The notes beneath the pieces were generated by a model. That model was not told the DNA's origin, did not search any database, and was given only the letters and a program-made list of their open reading frames with translations. The position numbers and the translations under genes are program-made. A DNA stretch of 64,000 bases. It comes from Octopus sinensis (taxonomy: Eukaryota). Below are positions 28,068 through 39,620 of the stretch, in pieces. The DNA is taken from contig NC_042998.1 of the NCBI RefSeq assembly GCF_006345805.1, positions 83,142,001-83,206,000 on the forward strand, written 5' to 3'. How positions within the stretch are numbered: the first letter of the stretch is position 1; the number at the start of each line of letters is the position of its first letter.

Positions 28068-28282
28068 ATGGCAAGCTGGCAGAATTGTTAGCACACTGGG
28101 CAAAATGCTTAGCCGTATTTCGTCTGCCTCTACGTTCTGAGTTCAAATTCCACCAAGGTCAACTTTGCCTGTCATCCCTTTGGGGTTGATAAATTAAATA
28201 CCAGTTGAGTACTGGGGTTGATGTAATCAACTTGCCCCTTCCTCCAAAGTTTCGGGCCTTGTGGCTAGAGTAGAAAGGAATA
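28068..28282 (+). mobile_element. Meta-domain-like SINE
   Basis: gctggcagaattgttagcacactgggcaaaatgcttagccgtatttcg...gtcaactttgcctgtcatccctttggggttgataaattaaatacc. Confidence 0.85.
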
Positions 28283-28284
28283 AT

Positions 28285-28577
28285 GTCATCATCATTCTCA
28301 TCCTCACTGTCATCTTTATCATCGTCACTTAACATCCAATTTTCCATGCTTGCACGGGTTGGATGGTATTTATTGAGGCAGATTTTTCTGTGGGTGAATG
28401 CTCTTCCTGTCATCAACCCTCATATGTTTCCAAGCAAGGTAATATTTTCCCATGGCCAAACCTGTTTTCATGGAAGACTGGAAATGAACATCACTTGTGT
28501 GATGGTGAGGCTCATTTACAACTATCACATGATGTCTAGACATGGGTATACACACAATGGGCTTCTTTCAGTTTCTA
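28285..28577 (-). mobile_element. Family B SINE tail plus start of head
   Basis: Reverse-complement homologue of 22657-22934; ends acacaatgggcttctttcagtttc. Confidence 0.7.
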
Positions 28578-29183
28578 TGTATATCTTTTCTGATTTTGAA
28601 ACCAAGAAAATTTGTGTGATCATTTAGTGATGGTTGGAGGGTTAGGGTTAGCCAGATGTTTCCACCTTTAAATTGATTTGTTATTTATTCATCAGAAAAG
28701 TATTATCAATAATCGTTAACAGAGTGGGCGTTGGTCACCTTTATTTATAATATTTGTGTATCATGCTTTAAGTTTTTTTATTTCTGTTTTTTTTTTTCAC
28801 TGTTAGATAACTTTTCCATTACAATCCACTTTATATTGTAATCTGAGTGCATTTTCTTATGCTATTTGCTCTACAGTGGTTGTCTAACATGACCTTAGTC
28901 TCTCCTCAACACTTTTTGCAGTTTTGGTAGAGTTTCTTCTCTATTAGACGGGTTATCTTCATTGCAGCTTGTGGGGATCATGTCTATTCAGTGCAAACTG
29001 CTTGGCATTGCCTGAGAATAGTATAAATTAAAAAGTATAAGTGTTAAACTTTTCATGTAAGGACAGGTGCTATAGCAGTGATAATGTAATGCACAGTCAC
29101 ACACACACACACACACACACTTATATGCACAGGGATATGTTATTGTTTTCACGTCTACTTTTTTATGGGTCGGCTGCTATTTT

Positions 29184-29955
29184 TTGAGGCAGTATCAAGA
29201 AGTTCCTGGACTAGTCCTGCAATGTACCAACAGAGGGCAGCACATGTTTGCATGCACAGACATTGCTGTGTTTACTGCTGTATATGCTGTAGTCTGTGAT
29301 TTTTGTCATGGACAGGATCAAAGAGCCAATGTGAAATTTTGTGTCAAACTTGGGAATTTTGCTACAGAGAAATTGAGCATGCTTCTGCAAGCTTATGGTG
29401 ATGAGGCAATGGGTTGTATACAATGTTTCAAGTGGCACAAGTGCTTCAAAAGTGGAAGAACATCCCTGGAAGACCTGCCATCGATCAAGAGTTCTACTGT
29501 GATGTTCTGAAGCTTTTGAGAGAGGACATTCAGTGAAAGCAACCAGATATGTGGAACGCAAAGAATTGGATTTTTCATGATGTCAATGCACTCTGTAACC
29601 GAACTCTCCTCACTCATGAGTTTCTTGGCCAAAACAACATGGATTCACTTCTGCACTTACCCTATTCACCAGATTTAGCATCTTTGGACTTCCCCAAGAT
29701 GAAAATGCAGCTGAAAGGTTGCCATTTTAACACCATTGTCAAGACCCAGAGCAAATTACAGAAGGTCCTTGACTTGCTTATGGAAAATGACTTCCAGGCT
29801 GGATTGCAAATATGACAGGAACTCTGGGACTGATGTATTGCTGCAGAAGGTGACTATTTCGAAGGAGATGATGTTAGAACTTAGGTGAATAAGCTTTTTT
29901 TTTTTCATATCTAACATAACTAACTAGTCCTGGAACTTTTTGATACCACCTTATA
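29184..29955 (+). mobile_element. Internally deleted mariner element
   Basis: TIRs gaggcagtatcaagaagttcctggactagt / actagtcctggaactttttgataccacctta, with TA at the right end. Remnants QRANVKFCVKLG...AYGDEAM...FKWHKCFKSGRTSLED, LPYSPDLASLDF and EGDYFEGD; the central catalytic region is missing. Confidence 0.9.
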
Positions 29956-29956
29956 T

Positions 29957-30345
29957 ATCATCGTCATCATTTTAACTTCTACTTTCCCATGCTTGCATCA
30001 ATCAGATGGAATTAACTGAGGTGGATTTTCTTAATTCAAATAATCTTCCTATCACCAATCTTCATCAAGGAAGATAATATTTCTCATGGCAAGATATGTT
30101 TTCATGAAAGATGGGAAACAAAGGCCACTGCTTGTATGAAGATAATACTCGTTTACAACTATTGCCTGATGTCAAAATACACACACACTCACAAACATAC
30201 ACACTCACATATAATCATACAATGGTCTTCTTTTAATTTCCACCTACTAACTCCACTCAAAAGGCTTTTGTCTGCTCAGGGTTGTGAAAGAAGATACTTG
30301 TCCAAGGGGCCACACACTGAAATGAAACCATATGACCCCAATACA
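29957..30345 (-). mobile_element. Family B SINE (head, microsatellite, RTE-like tail)
   Basis: Tail 29957-30175, (CA)n, then a decayed family A-type head 30220-30345. Confidence 0.65.
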
Positions 30346-30438
30346 AACTTCATAAAGCACCCCCCCCCCCCACACACACACATGCACTCAAAGATGCAAT
30401 TTCCCAAAAATTTGATTTCCAGCATATAAATAAATAAA

Positions 30439-30770
30439 ATATTGTTGTATTTAGGGATGGTCTTTTTTTTTCTGGCCTCATAAATACACACATTATATAT
30501 TTGTTCTTCGCTCATTTATTAATGTTCTTATTCTAACTCATGTCCATATTCTAACACACTTTCCATATTTGTGTGTGCTCTTGCTCCACTTATGAAATAA
30601 GTGGGGAAGGAAATAAGCGGAACAAGAGCACACACAAATATGGAAAGTGTGTTAGAATATGGACATGAGTTAGAATAAGAACATTAATAAACGAGTGAAG
30701 AATGAATATATAGTGCATGTGTTTATTATGCAAAAAAAAAAAAAATGATCATCTCAAAATACAACAATAT
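30439..30770. repeat. Long inverted repeat / foldback (arms about 155 bp, 19-nt spacer)
   Basis: 30515-30583 is the exact reverse complement of 30623-30691 (69 bp); outer arms are more diverged. Confidence 0.95.
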
Positions 30771-30823
30771 CTGTTTCAGCACACTATTTCACATAAAGAA
30801 TCTTACAACACAAATTCATAGAT

Positions 30824-31192
30824 AAGCAAGAGCACTCGGAGAGCACAAACCTCTGCCAAGGCAATACCAACGTCCTCTCAATGATTAGCCAGAGATGACT
30901 TTTAAAATGAGAATATTTGAAATAAACTCAACAGCTCTCACAAACAAGAATGCTATAAATGAACCCGATCACTCTCAAAAATTAAGAGAAAAGACAGGGA
31001 AAGTAATCAAGAATCCTTGTCCGGTACTGGATCAATCCCCAAATTTAATCAGTTTGTGCCAGTTACTGGGCCAAACATCCCTGAAAGTTTCATCTGAATC
31101 CATCCAGCGGTTACTGAGATATCTTGTCCATGGACAAACAAACAAGCATGACTGAAAACAATACCTCCGCCTTCACTAAGGTGGAAGTAATA
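30824..31192. mobile_element. Non-autonomous Helitron/Helentron-type (HINE-like) element
   Basis: Starts aagcaagagcactc..cctctgccaaggc; has (acaa)n near one end and a terminal stem-loop cctccgccttcactaaggtggaagt; architecture matches HINE/DINE-like elements. Confidence 0.6.
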
Positions 31193-31507
31193 AAATACTT
31201 TCCATATAGATAATCTTAAAGAAATAGACAAATGAATTACTTAAAAAATTTATCTTTGTCTAACTAAGTCTATATCCTAACTACCTAAAAGATAATAGCT
31301 GGTTAGAAAATGTATTTTCATACAAAAGACATTAATGATAAGAAAATGAAATATTGTTCATACAATAAGATTCATAATATTAATTCACAGACAAAGAAAG
31401 AGGAATAATGCAAATCAAATTATATGTCCTTTGCTTAGTACTAATGAAGCCATATGATTCAGCAACAAAATACACTTGGCTTATTCCTGATTCTGTGATT
31501 TCATATA

Positions 31508-31636
<129 letters not shown>

Positions 31637-32283
31637 CTGTACACTCATAACTGAGGAAGACCATTGCGCAAGCCAAGTGCCAGCAATGGCTGTGCATGAG
31701 GTTATTGCCCCTGTGGTCGAGTTCACTTGGTTTCATGTCTGCAGTTGCCGTGTTTGCTACTGCACTTTGCTGCATGAGGTTATTTGCCCCTGTGATTGGC
31801 TTCACCTGCATTCATACCTACAATTTCCATACTTGCCACAACGCCTCCCTGTTCAATCAGGCATCAAAAACACACCTTTTTAGGTTTAGTTAGGCTTGCA
31901 CAAAACCTCACAGACCATCTCCACCCTACTGACATGATCCTGAGACAAGTCAGGGCAAGATATTCAGTTCCAATAAGGGCCACAGGCTCATGAATGTTGG
32001 AGCACCTTGATCTCAAGCACAAGATGCCCAAAATGTTCAACATACATACAAAGATACATACATTGTTCACACATACATACATACATTCACATACATGCAT
32101 ATATGCACATATACAGATATATATCATAGGCACAAGATTGCTGTATAGTGAAGTTCGCTTGACAGTCACATAGTTTCTGGTTCATTGTCCAGTTCTGTGT
32201 ATCCTCTTGTGGGAATGTCTTCTTATTGCCCCAACCCGACGAATGCCTTTTAAGTTGATGTGGTGGACAGAAGCTAAAAGAAA

Positions 32284-32752
32284 CCCATCAAATATATATA
32301 CACATACATACATACACATACACACATATATACATACATACACATACACACATATATACATACATACATATACACACATATATACACATATACATATATA
32401 CACTTGCATATATACATATATACACATGCATATATACATACATATATACACATGCATATATACATACATATATACACATGCATATATACATATATACACA
32501 TGCATATATACATACATATATACACATGCATATATACATACATATATACACATGCATATATACATACATTTATACACATGCATATATACACATGCATATA
32601 TACATGCATATATACACATGCATATATACACATACAAATGTACCCATACATATATGCATGCGTACATATACACATGCATACACATACACATGCGTACATA
32701 TATATATACATACATGCACATACACCCACATGTACATATATATATGTATGTA
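32284..32752. repeat. (TACA/TGCATA) minisatellite-like tract
   Basis: Recurring acacatgcatatatacatacatat units. Confidence 0.9.
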
Positions 32753-33174
32753 TTTACTTATCCTTATCCTTTTTGACTTTCTCTCTTGCCAGAAGCAACA
32801 GCTGCTAATCTACAAATATTGGATTAAGTTAGATCTTCATGGCGTATAAATCATCTTTCACTTTTAAAGTATAATAAGACTGAAGCCATGCCGAGCACTG
32901 CATATGCTAAACTCCACTTTTATGATATCACATTGCAATAAGGACAGTGAGAAATCCATTACATGGTCGCTTGCCTGCTAGGAATAGCAACCAAATTTTC
33001 CTGAAATCATGCCCTACAACCAATGACAAGATTAAAGGCAATTATCTGGAAATACAAAAATGCTTTTAATCAGAGATCTGCTCAATCAGGCCTGAAACAA
33101 GAGCAGTTACCATACTACAATATAATTAAATTGACCCACAATATTTTAATGTTGTTATTACACTATTTTTTTTT

Positions 33175-33995
33175 TTTTATTTGTTTCAGTCATTTGACTG
33201 TGGCCATGCTGGAGCACTGCCTTTAGTCGAACAAATTGACCCCAGGGCTTATTCTTTGTAAGCCTAGTACTTATTTCTATCAGTCTCTTTTGCTGAACCG
33301 CTAAGTTACGGGGACATAAACATACCAACATCAGTTGTCAAGCAATGGTGGTGGAGTGGGGAGACACATATACATACATATACCATCATCGTCATCATTT
33401 AACATCCGTTTTCCATGCTGGCATGGGTTGGACAGTTTGACTGGGGACTGGCAAGCCAGGAGGCTGCAATAGGCTCCAATCTGATCTGACAATGTTTCTA
33501 CAGCTGGATAACCTTCTTAACGCCAACCACTCTGAGAATGTAGTGGGTGCTTTTTACGGGCCACCAACACAGGAGCCAGTCAGGCAGCACTGGCATCGGC
33601 CATGTTTGGATGGGGCTTTTTACATGCTACCGGCACAGAAGCCAGTTGGGTGGTAGGGCTGGTATTGACCATGTTCGGGCAAATATATATATATATATAC
33701 AAACACACAACAGGCTTCTTTCAGTTTCCATCTATCGAATCCACTTACAAGGCTTTGGTCAGCCCAAGGCTGTAGTAGAAAACACTTGCCCAAGGTGCCA
33801 CACAATGGGACTGAACCTGGAGCCATGTAGTTGGTAAGCAAGCTACTTTTATTCATTAAATTTGCCATGCAGGCAGCAGCACATAGATAAGGTAGCTTTG
33901 CAGGCTGGACATAGACATTGATGAGGCAAATGATTATGATACAAAAATGATAAAGATGTGATAAGCAAGCTACTTACCACACAGCCACCCCTGCA
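33175..33995 (-). mobile_element. Family A SINE with an RTE-tail fragment (33384-33680) in its microsatellite and a 113-bp insert in its head
   Basis: Tail A 33175-33365 and head 33705-33995; 14-bp TSD taagcaagctactt around 33849-33961. Confidence 0.8.
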
Positions 33996-34373
33996 CCTAT
34001 TGCATAAAACGTTTTTGAAAGCGATGACAACAACATCAACAGCAAATGCTCTGTTTGTGACCTGTCAGCTTGGTTTACATAAAGTCTTCTTTTGAATTTG
34101 TTTTTCTTTGTCTTGTAATATTAGGTACAGCATTTACTTCCAACATTCTTCAGATTTTTTACTGTTAAATGCTTTTCCTTTCTTTTTTCAATAAAATTTA
34201 AATTTATTACTTTTTCAATGAAAATGTTCCTCTTTCTTATAAATACATATTCTTATACAATGACTGAAATTAACTTGTAAATATTTAAAGATATAAATGT
34301 TAATTTTTGTTCCAAACTCCTCATTAATGTATACTATCAGACAGTTATTTATATACTTATACACATGCTGATA

Positions 34374-35284
34374 TATTAGGTTGGCCAAAACTTACCAACC
34401 AAGACCCTGTAACTTTTGCTATGTCTGCAAGGAAGTGTGTAGTCTGGAATTGTTGGGATGAAAGACAATGCTCTTATGATTAGCAAGTGCTGCACATTTC
34501 TGCTGTTCACATTATGCATTTGAATTGATGTTCCTTTCTGTAGCAAGAAGTTCATTAAACTGAAAGCATAACTTTCTTTGGTTGAAGTCCTGCTTCGAAG
34601 GTTGTGTGGATGGCTCATCAGGCTGCCTGATCATTTTTGATTCATATTGTTATAGATGATCCATTTTTTTATCCCCTGTCACAATTCTCTTTAGAAAAGG
34701 ACTGATTTCATCATGTTTCTGCAACAAATCAGATGGAAATCCATTGGGCAAGGTTAGCCTCATTCAGCTGATGTGGCGCCCAAACATTGAAGCTGCTGAC
34801 ATAACCAAGTTGATGTGGATGGTTTATAACATGCACTTTGAATATTTGGGAAATATTTGCAGTCATTCTGGTCATATAATAAGTGTTGATGTTGCCGTTA
34901 ATCTCAGTTGTCTGGCCAAAGTGAAGTGCATCTTGAACCAAAAAAATTCCTAATCAAAATTTTGAAGACTTTTCTGGTACACTTTTCAAAACAGCATTGT
35001 GTCTACACCCAGTGCATATCTTGTGATTTTTGCCACGCCTTTTGCCATTTTTAAAATAAGAAAAGTACAAGGTATCGATAGTGTTTGTTTTGGTTCTCCA
35101 TTTTTAGGGTGATTCCAAACACACAAAATTCAACCTGTCTTGTAACAATTTGGGGTTGAACTATGTTGAAGTGTCAAGTAACTAATGAGTGCGCATGTGC
35201 AAGGGACAGTGAAGTTAGCTATTTATTAGAGTGCTTGAAGTTTAGTATCAACAAAAATGGATTGAATTTTTGGCCAGCTCAATA
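34374..35284 (-). mobile_element. Deleted mariner element (second subfamily)
   Basis: TIRs tattaggttggccaaaa / tttttggccagctcaata; minus-strand remnants VWAPHQLNE (cf. WVPHEL) and KRIVTGDKKWI (cf. IVTGDEKW). Confidence 0.85.
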
Positions 35285-36313
35285 CATATGAACTTACAAG
35301 TGTATGCATGAGCATATACATACATTTGTTAGCATATAGATGTGTCTTCTAATATATAAAGTTCCAGATAGTATCTTTTTAGTCAGTTGAAAAGAGAGAC
35401 ATGTATCAATGACAGCCATAACTTGTGTGGTACCAGACGATGTCAGGCACATAATTACTTTTTTTTTGATAAATCATTCACTTTTGATAAAATGTTATTT
35501 TTCATGTAGTTGCATTATTACACACATCACACATTCTTTTTAGAATCATTTATTGACTACATTAAGATAGTAAACAGAATATTAGATATTTCAGTTTTCA
35601 AGGAGATATTAGTTGTAAATCACTTTTATGTTTAATAATCGATTAAAAATTTTAATCATTGTTTTTTAAAAATAGAATTTACAGATTTAACCATGCAACT
35701 AGTCAACTACTTCTTGTTAATCTACATGGAAGTGGTACACTTCTGTGAGTTTATACAGCAGGGTTAAGGTGTTAGAGGAAGATGTGTGTACATGTAGCAA
35801 AGACAGTAAGGGATTTTTTTTTTATTTCATTAATTTTGTTGAACTACAGATGTCATATGTACTATTTCAGTTTGTGGTCTAGCATCCACTGGGAGCTGTA
35901 TCTCGGTTAGTAATTGTGTTCTCCTTACCATTTATGAACAAGACATGGACATTATTTGAATTTGCTTCAAGAAATTCTACTGGTTTCACTGACAATGTGA
36001 ATTTGGTAGGTTCACAATAACATAAAACATCTGTATTAGGTCTGGAAAGTCAACAGGGGAGTGTTGATCCTAAAGAAGTTTTGGAAATAAGAAGTTTTGT
36101 GAAGTGTCTCTTTGACAGATTCTACATAACAATGATCATACAACATGTAGAACATCTGATAAGATGGCCTCCTTTGAGAAAATGTTTGTTTATTTATTTA
36201 TTAATATTAAGTATGAACTTTATATGGTTCCAAAATGTGATTATATCCTTTGAACTGTGAGTTTCTTAAGGTATGTAAAAATCCTAGGCTATTTAGGAAT
36301 TGTTTGATATATA

Positions 36314-36701
36314 TGCAGGTGGGGCTGTGTAGCTAGTAGTTTGCTTCCCAACCATGTAGATCAATGTTCAGTCCCACTGCATGGCACCTTGGGCAGGTAT
36401 TGTCTGCTAAAATCTCAGACTGACCAAAGCCTTGTGAGTGGGTTTGGCAGATGGAAACTGAAAGAAGCCCATATATATATGTGTGTGTGTGTATCTGTGC
36501 TTGTCCCCACCACCAATTGACAACTAGTGTTGGTGTGTTTATGACCTCATAACTTAGTGGTTCAGCAAAAAAGACCAATAGTAACAGTATCGGGCTTTAA
36601 AAAATTAGTACTGGGGTTGATTCATTTGACTAAAAATTCTTCAAGGCAGTGCCCCACCATGGCCACAGTCTAATGACTGATACAAGTAAAATATAAAAGA
36701 T
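36314..36701 (+). mobile_element. Full-length family A SINE
   Basis: Head, short (TA)(TG) linker, tail A. Confidence 0.85.
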
Positions 36702-36905
36702 GAAGAAGCATTATCTTGTAGCAGAAAGTGCTAATATCATCACTTGGATAGGCAAATGGAAAACCAGAAAATTTGTTGATTTCAGAAAATATATATTTCA
36801 GTTACAAGAACAAGAAATAGCTCTTAAAGTTCATTGGCAAGTGTTCAAATAAATAACTTTTATAAGAAAAGAAATTTTCAGGAGTAACATAAAAAAAGAT
36901 TTGGT

Positions 36906-37176
36906 TTAACCCTCTAGCATTCAAACTGGCCACATCAGGCCTAAATATTCAACCTGTTGTATATTCAGACTGGCTATGTCAGGCACAACTATTCTACCAC
37001 TTGTATGTTCAAACCAACCAGATCCAGCCTCTCACACCTATCCTATAGTGCTATTCTAAAAATAAACAGTCATATCATTGAAATGGCAAAACTACGAGAT
37101 AATATGTGATTAATTCTAAACAAGGTGAATAAACAAACATAACATTTGACATAGTAATCTGAAAGCTAAGGATTGA
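36906..37176. mobile_element. piggyBac-like MITE (second family)
   Basis: ttaaccctctagcattca at the left end; decayed tgaaagctaaggattga at the right; internal repeats of about 42 bp. Confidence 0.55.
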
Positions 37177-38515
37177 TTTTATCACATGGATGGCAATTGG
37201 TGCAGACTCACTGCACTTCTTGGACAGAAAAAGGTAGATTGTGTACTGTTGTAAAATGAAGCATTTTCTTATAGCAGCATCTACTAAAGAATTATTTAGT
37301 AATCTTATATAATTATTAAAGTAATAGCACAGACATGTGACAAATGAAAAGCTGAAAAATTCTCTGAGCTAAGCCTATAGTTGATGGAAAATTTCAATTT
37401 TCCTCTGTAGAATGAAACAGATCTTTAATCTATCATTAAATTAAAATGTCTTGTGAGGAAATGTTTCCATTTTGTCACAGCGTCTATATCTGCGTAAGCT
37501 TCTTTTTTATTTTCATTTTTTTTTATCAATAATGTGGCAATATTTTTTTTTTCAGAGTTGTTTAAAGATTTTTCAGAAAGACTTTGCCACAAGTCTACCA
37601 CCTTGTAATATTGTTGCAGCAGTAGTTTCATCAATAGCATCTGTTTTGGTAGTAAAAGGCAAGTCTCTATCAACAGCAGTTGCAGCTGCCTTATTAATAT
37701 CATATCTGTATATTATCATTTTTAATGGAACTGATAGATTTTCTAGCATTCTTGAATAGAAGGAAATTTACACTGACTAATGGTTTGATTATCAATAAGT
37801 AGGAAGGTATCCATTTGGTGCAGAACATAAATAACCCAAGTACCTATTGTAATTTTTACTCTTTTGTAATATAGTTAGCTATTCAAGAGATCAAAGGCAT
37901 TCTAGATCAAGGCATAAAGCTTCATATGAAATTAAATAACCTGACTTTTCTTTAAGGCCCAATTATTATTCAGCAGTTTTAAAGGAATATAAAAAGTTGC
38001 TAAATTGCTCCGCTATCATTTCACAACAAAATAATCCAAATATAACAGAAATTTTTTTTTAATTATTTCATTTATAAATTTATTAGCAGCTCATGAAAAC
38101 ACCATTCATAAGTTACATAGAATGTCATTTGTAATGCCTCAGTTACTTGGTAAGCAGCTGAAAGTTTTTATCCATTAGCTAAAGTTCTTATTGACATTAT
38201 AAGTTGTGGATGGGGGTTAGGTCTTTTCACAGGTATTATACCAAATTGACAAATTGAGAAGTGGTACTACATCAGTTTTGCTACAGTATTATGTTTGGTT
38301 ATATTGATTAGGTCATCGATATGAAGAACTGGATACGTAGTTTGAGAGAAATTCTACAAAAATTTCTGAAGCTTTTGTTTGTTTGTTTTTTCTCCTTATA
38401 TTGGAATTGTCAGTCCCCAACAAAACCTGTGTCCACAATAATGATGAATTACTTAGTTCTTTGATACCATCTCTTAAAAGTTATGAAGTTTTTCATTCTT
38501 TATCTTTTACACAAT

Positions 38516-38980
38516 ACTCAGCAAGTTCATTATTTACATTATTTACATTTGACGGATATTTGTCCTCATCTTGTTCGTTGTTAACACGTTGTTAACTGCT
38601 GATATACCCTCCAGCCTTCATCAGGTGTCTTGGGAAAATTTTAAACCTGAGTTCTCATTCCTATTATTATTATTATTTTAAGGTCACTGCTTGGAATCGA
38701 ACTTGGAATCTTGGAATCAGTGGTTAAGAGCATGGGCTACTAACTCCAAGATTCCGAGTCTGATTCCAGGCAATGACCTGAATAATAATAATAATAACAT
38801 AAAAAAATACCTTAGGAATGAGAACCCAGGTTCGAAATTTCCCCAAGACACCTGATGAAGGCTGGAGGGTATATCAGCCAAAATGTTGTGCTAACAACAA
38901 GATAAGGACAAATATCCATCAAATGTAAATAATGTACATAATTCCTCATCTCTTAAATATAGAACCAGACTCAGCAAGTT
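38516..38980. mobile_element. Head-to-head inverted non-autonomous element: tRNA-like head plus Penelope-type hammerhead tail, 12-bp TSD
   Basis: Direct repeat actcagcaagtt at 38516-38527 and 38969-38980; left arm 38528-38717 is the reverse complement of part of right arm 38718-38968. Confidence 0.75.
38847..38892 (+). ncRNA. Degenerate minimal type I hammerhead ribozyme motif
   Basis: gacac-CTGATGA(38852-38858)-a-ggctg[gagggtatat]cagcc-aAAAtGTT-gtgct. The GAAAC core reads AAAAT, which two CpG decays from ccGAAACgtt would explain. Stem I is GACAC/GUGUU, with gtgtt preserved in the left arm. Confidence 0.6.
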
Positions 38981-39203
38981 GTAGTTGCAAAAGATTTGCA
39001 ATTAGGAGTGAGATAATGAAAAACTTTGCAGGTTTCTCAGTCACGTGTTGCTGAGTAAGATCACATATTGAAGAAACTGCTTTTTTTTTTTTGTCATTTA
39101 TCTTTTCTATGTAATTTCAAAAAGGCATATCAAGAATCACTTTGGCACAGGTGTGGAAGAAAAGAAAGCTCTATGCCAGTATAACTAAAATATTTTTTAC
39201 AGA

Positions 39204-39382
39204 TGCAAGCATGGCTGTCTGGTAATAAGCTTGCTTCCCAATCACATGGTTCCAGGTTTAGTCCCACTATGTGGCAACTTGGGCAGGTATCTTCTACTAA
39301 AACCTTGGGCCAACCAAAGCCTTGTGAGTGGATTTGGTAGATGGAAAGTGAAAGAAACCCATCATATGTATGTATATATGTA

Positions 39383-39414
<32 letters not shown>

Positions 39415-39620
39415 GTCTTTATGTTTGTGTTTGTCTCCCCACAACTGCTTGACAACCAGCAGCTGGTGTGTTTATATCCCTGTAACTTTGCAGTTTGGCA
39501 AAAGGAAAACAATAGAATAAGTACCAAACTTTAAAAAGTAAGTACTGGGACCAATAGATTCTTTGAGGCAGTACTCAAGCATGGTTGCAGTCTAATGACT
39601 CAAACAAGTAAAAGATAAAA
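39204..39620 (+). mobile_element. Full-length family A SINE
   Basis: Head, microsatellite, tail A. Confidence 0.85.

Noticed and set aside
38718-38780. Genuine tRNA gene
   Set aside because: The 5' acceptor stem is missing, the B box is mutated in this arm and it is fused to a repeat tail; treated as a SINE-like head. The same applies to all SINE heads.
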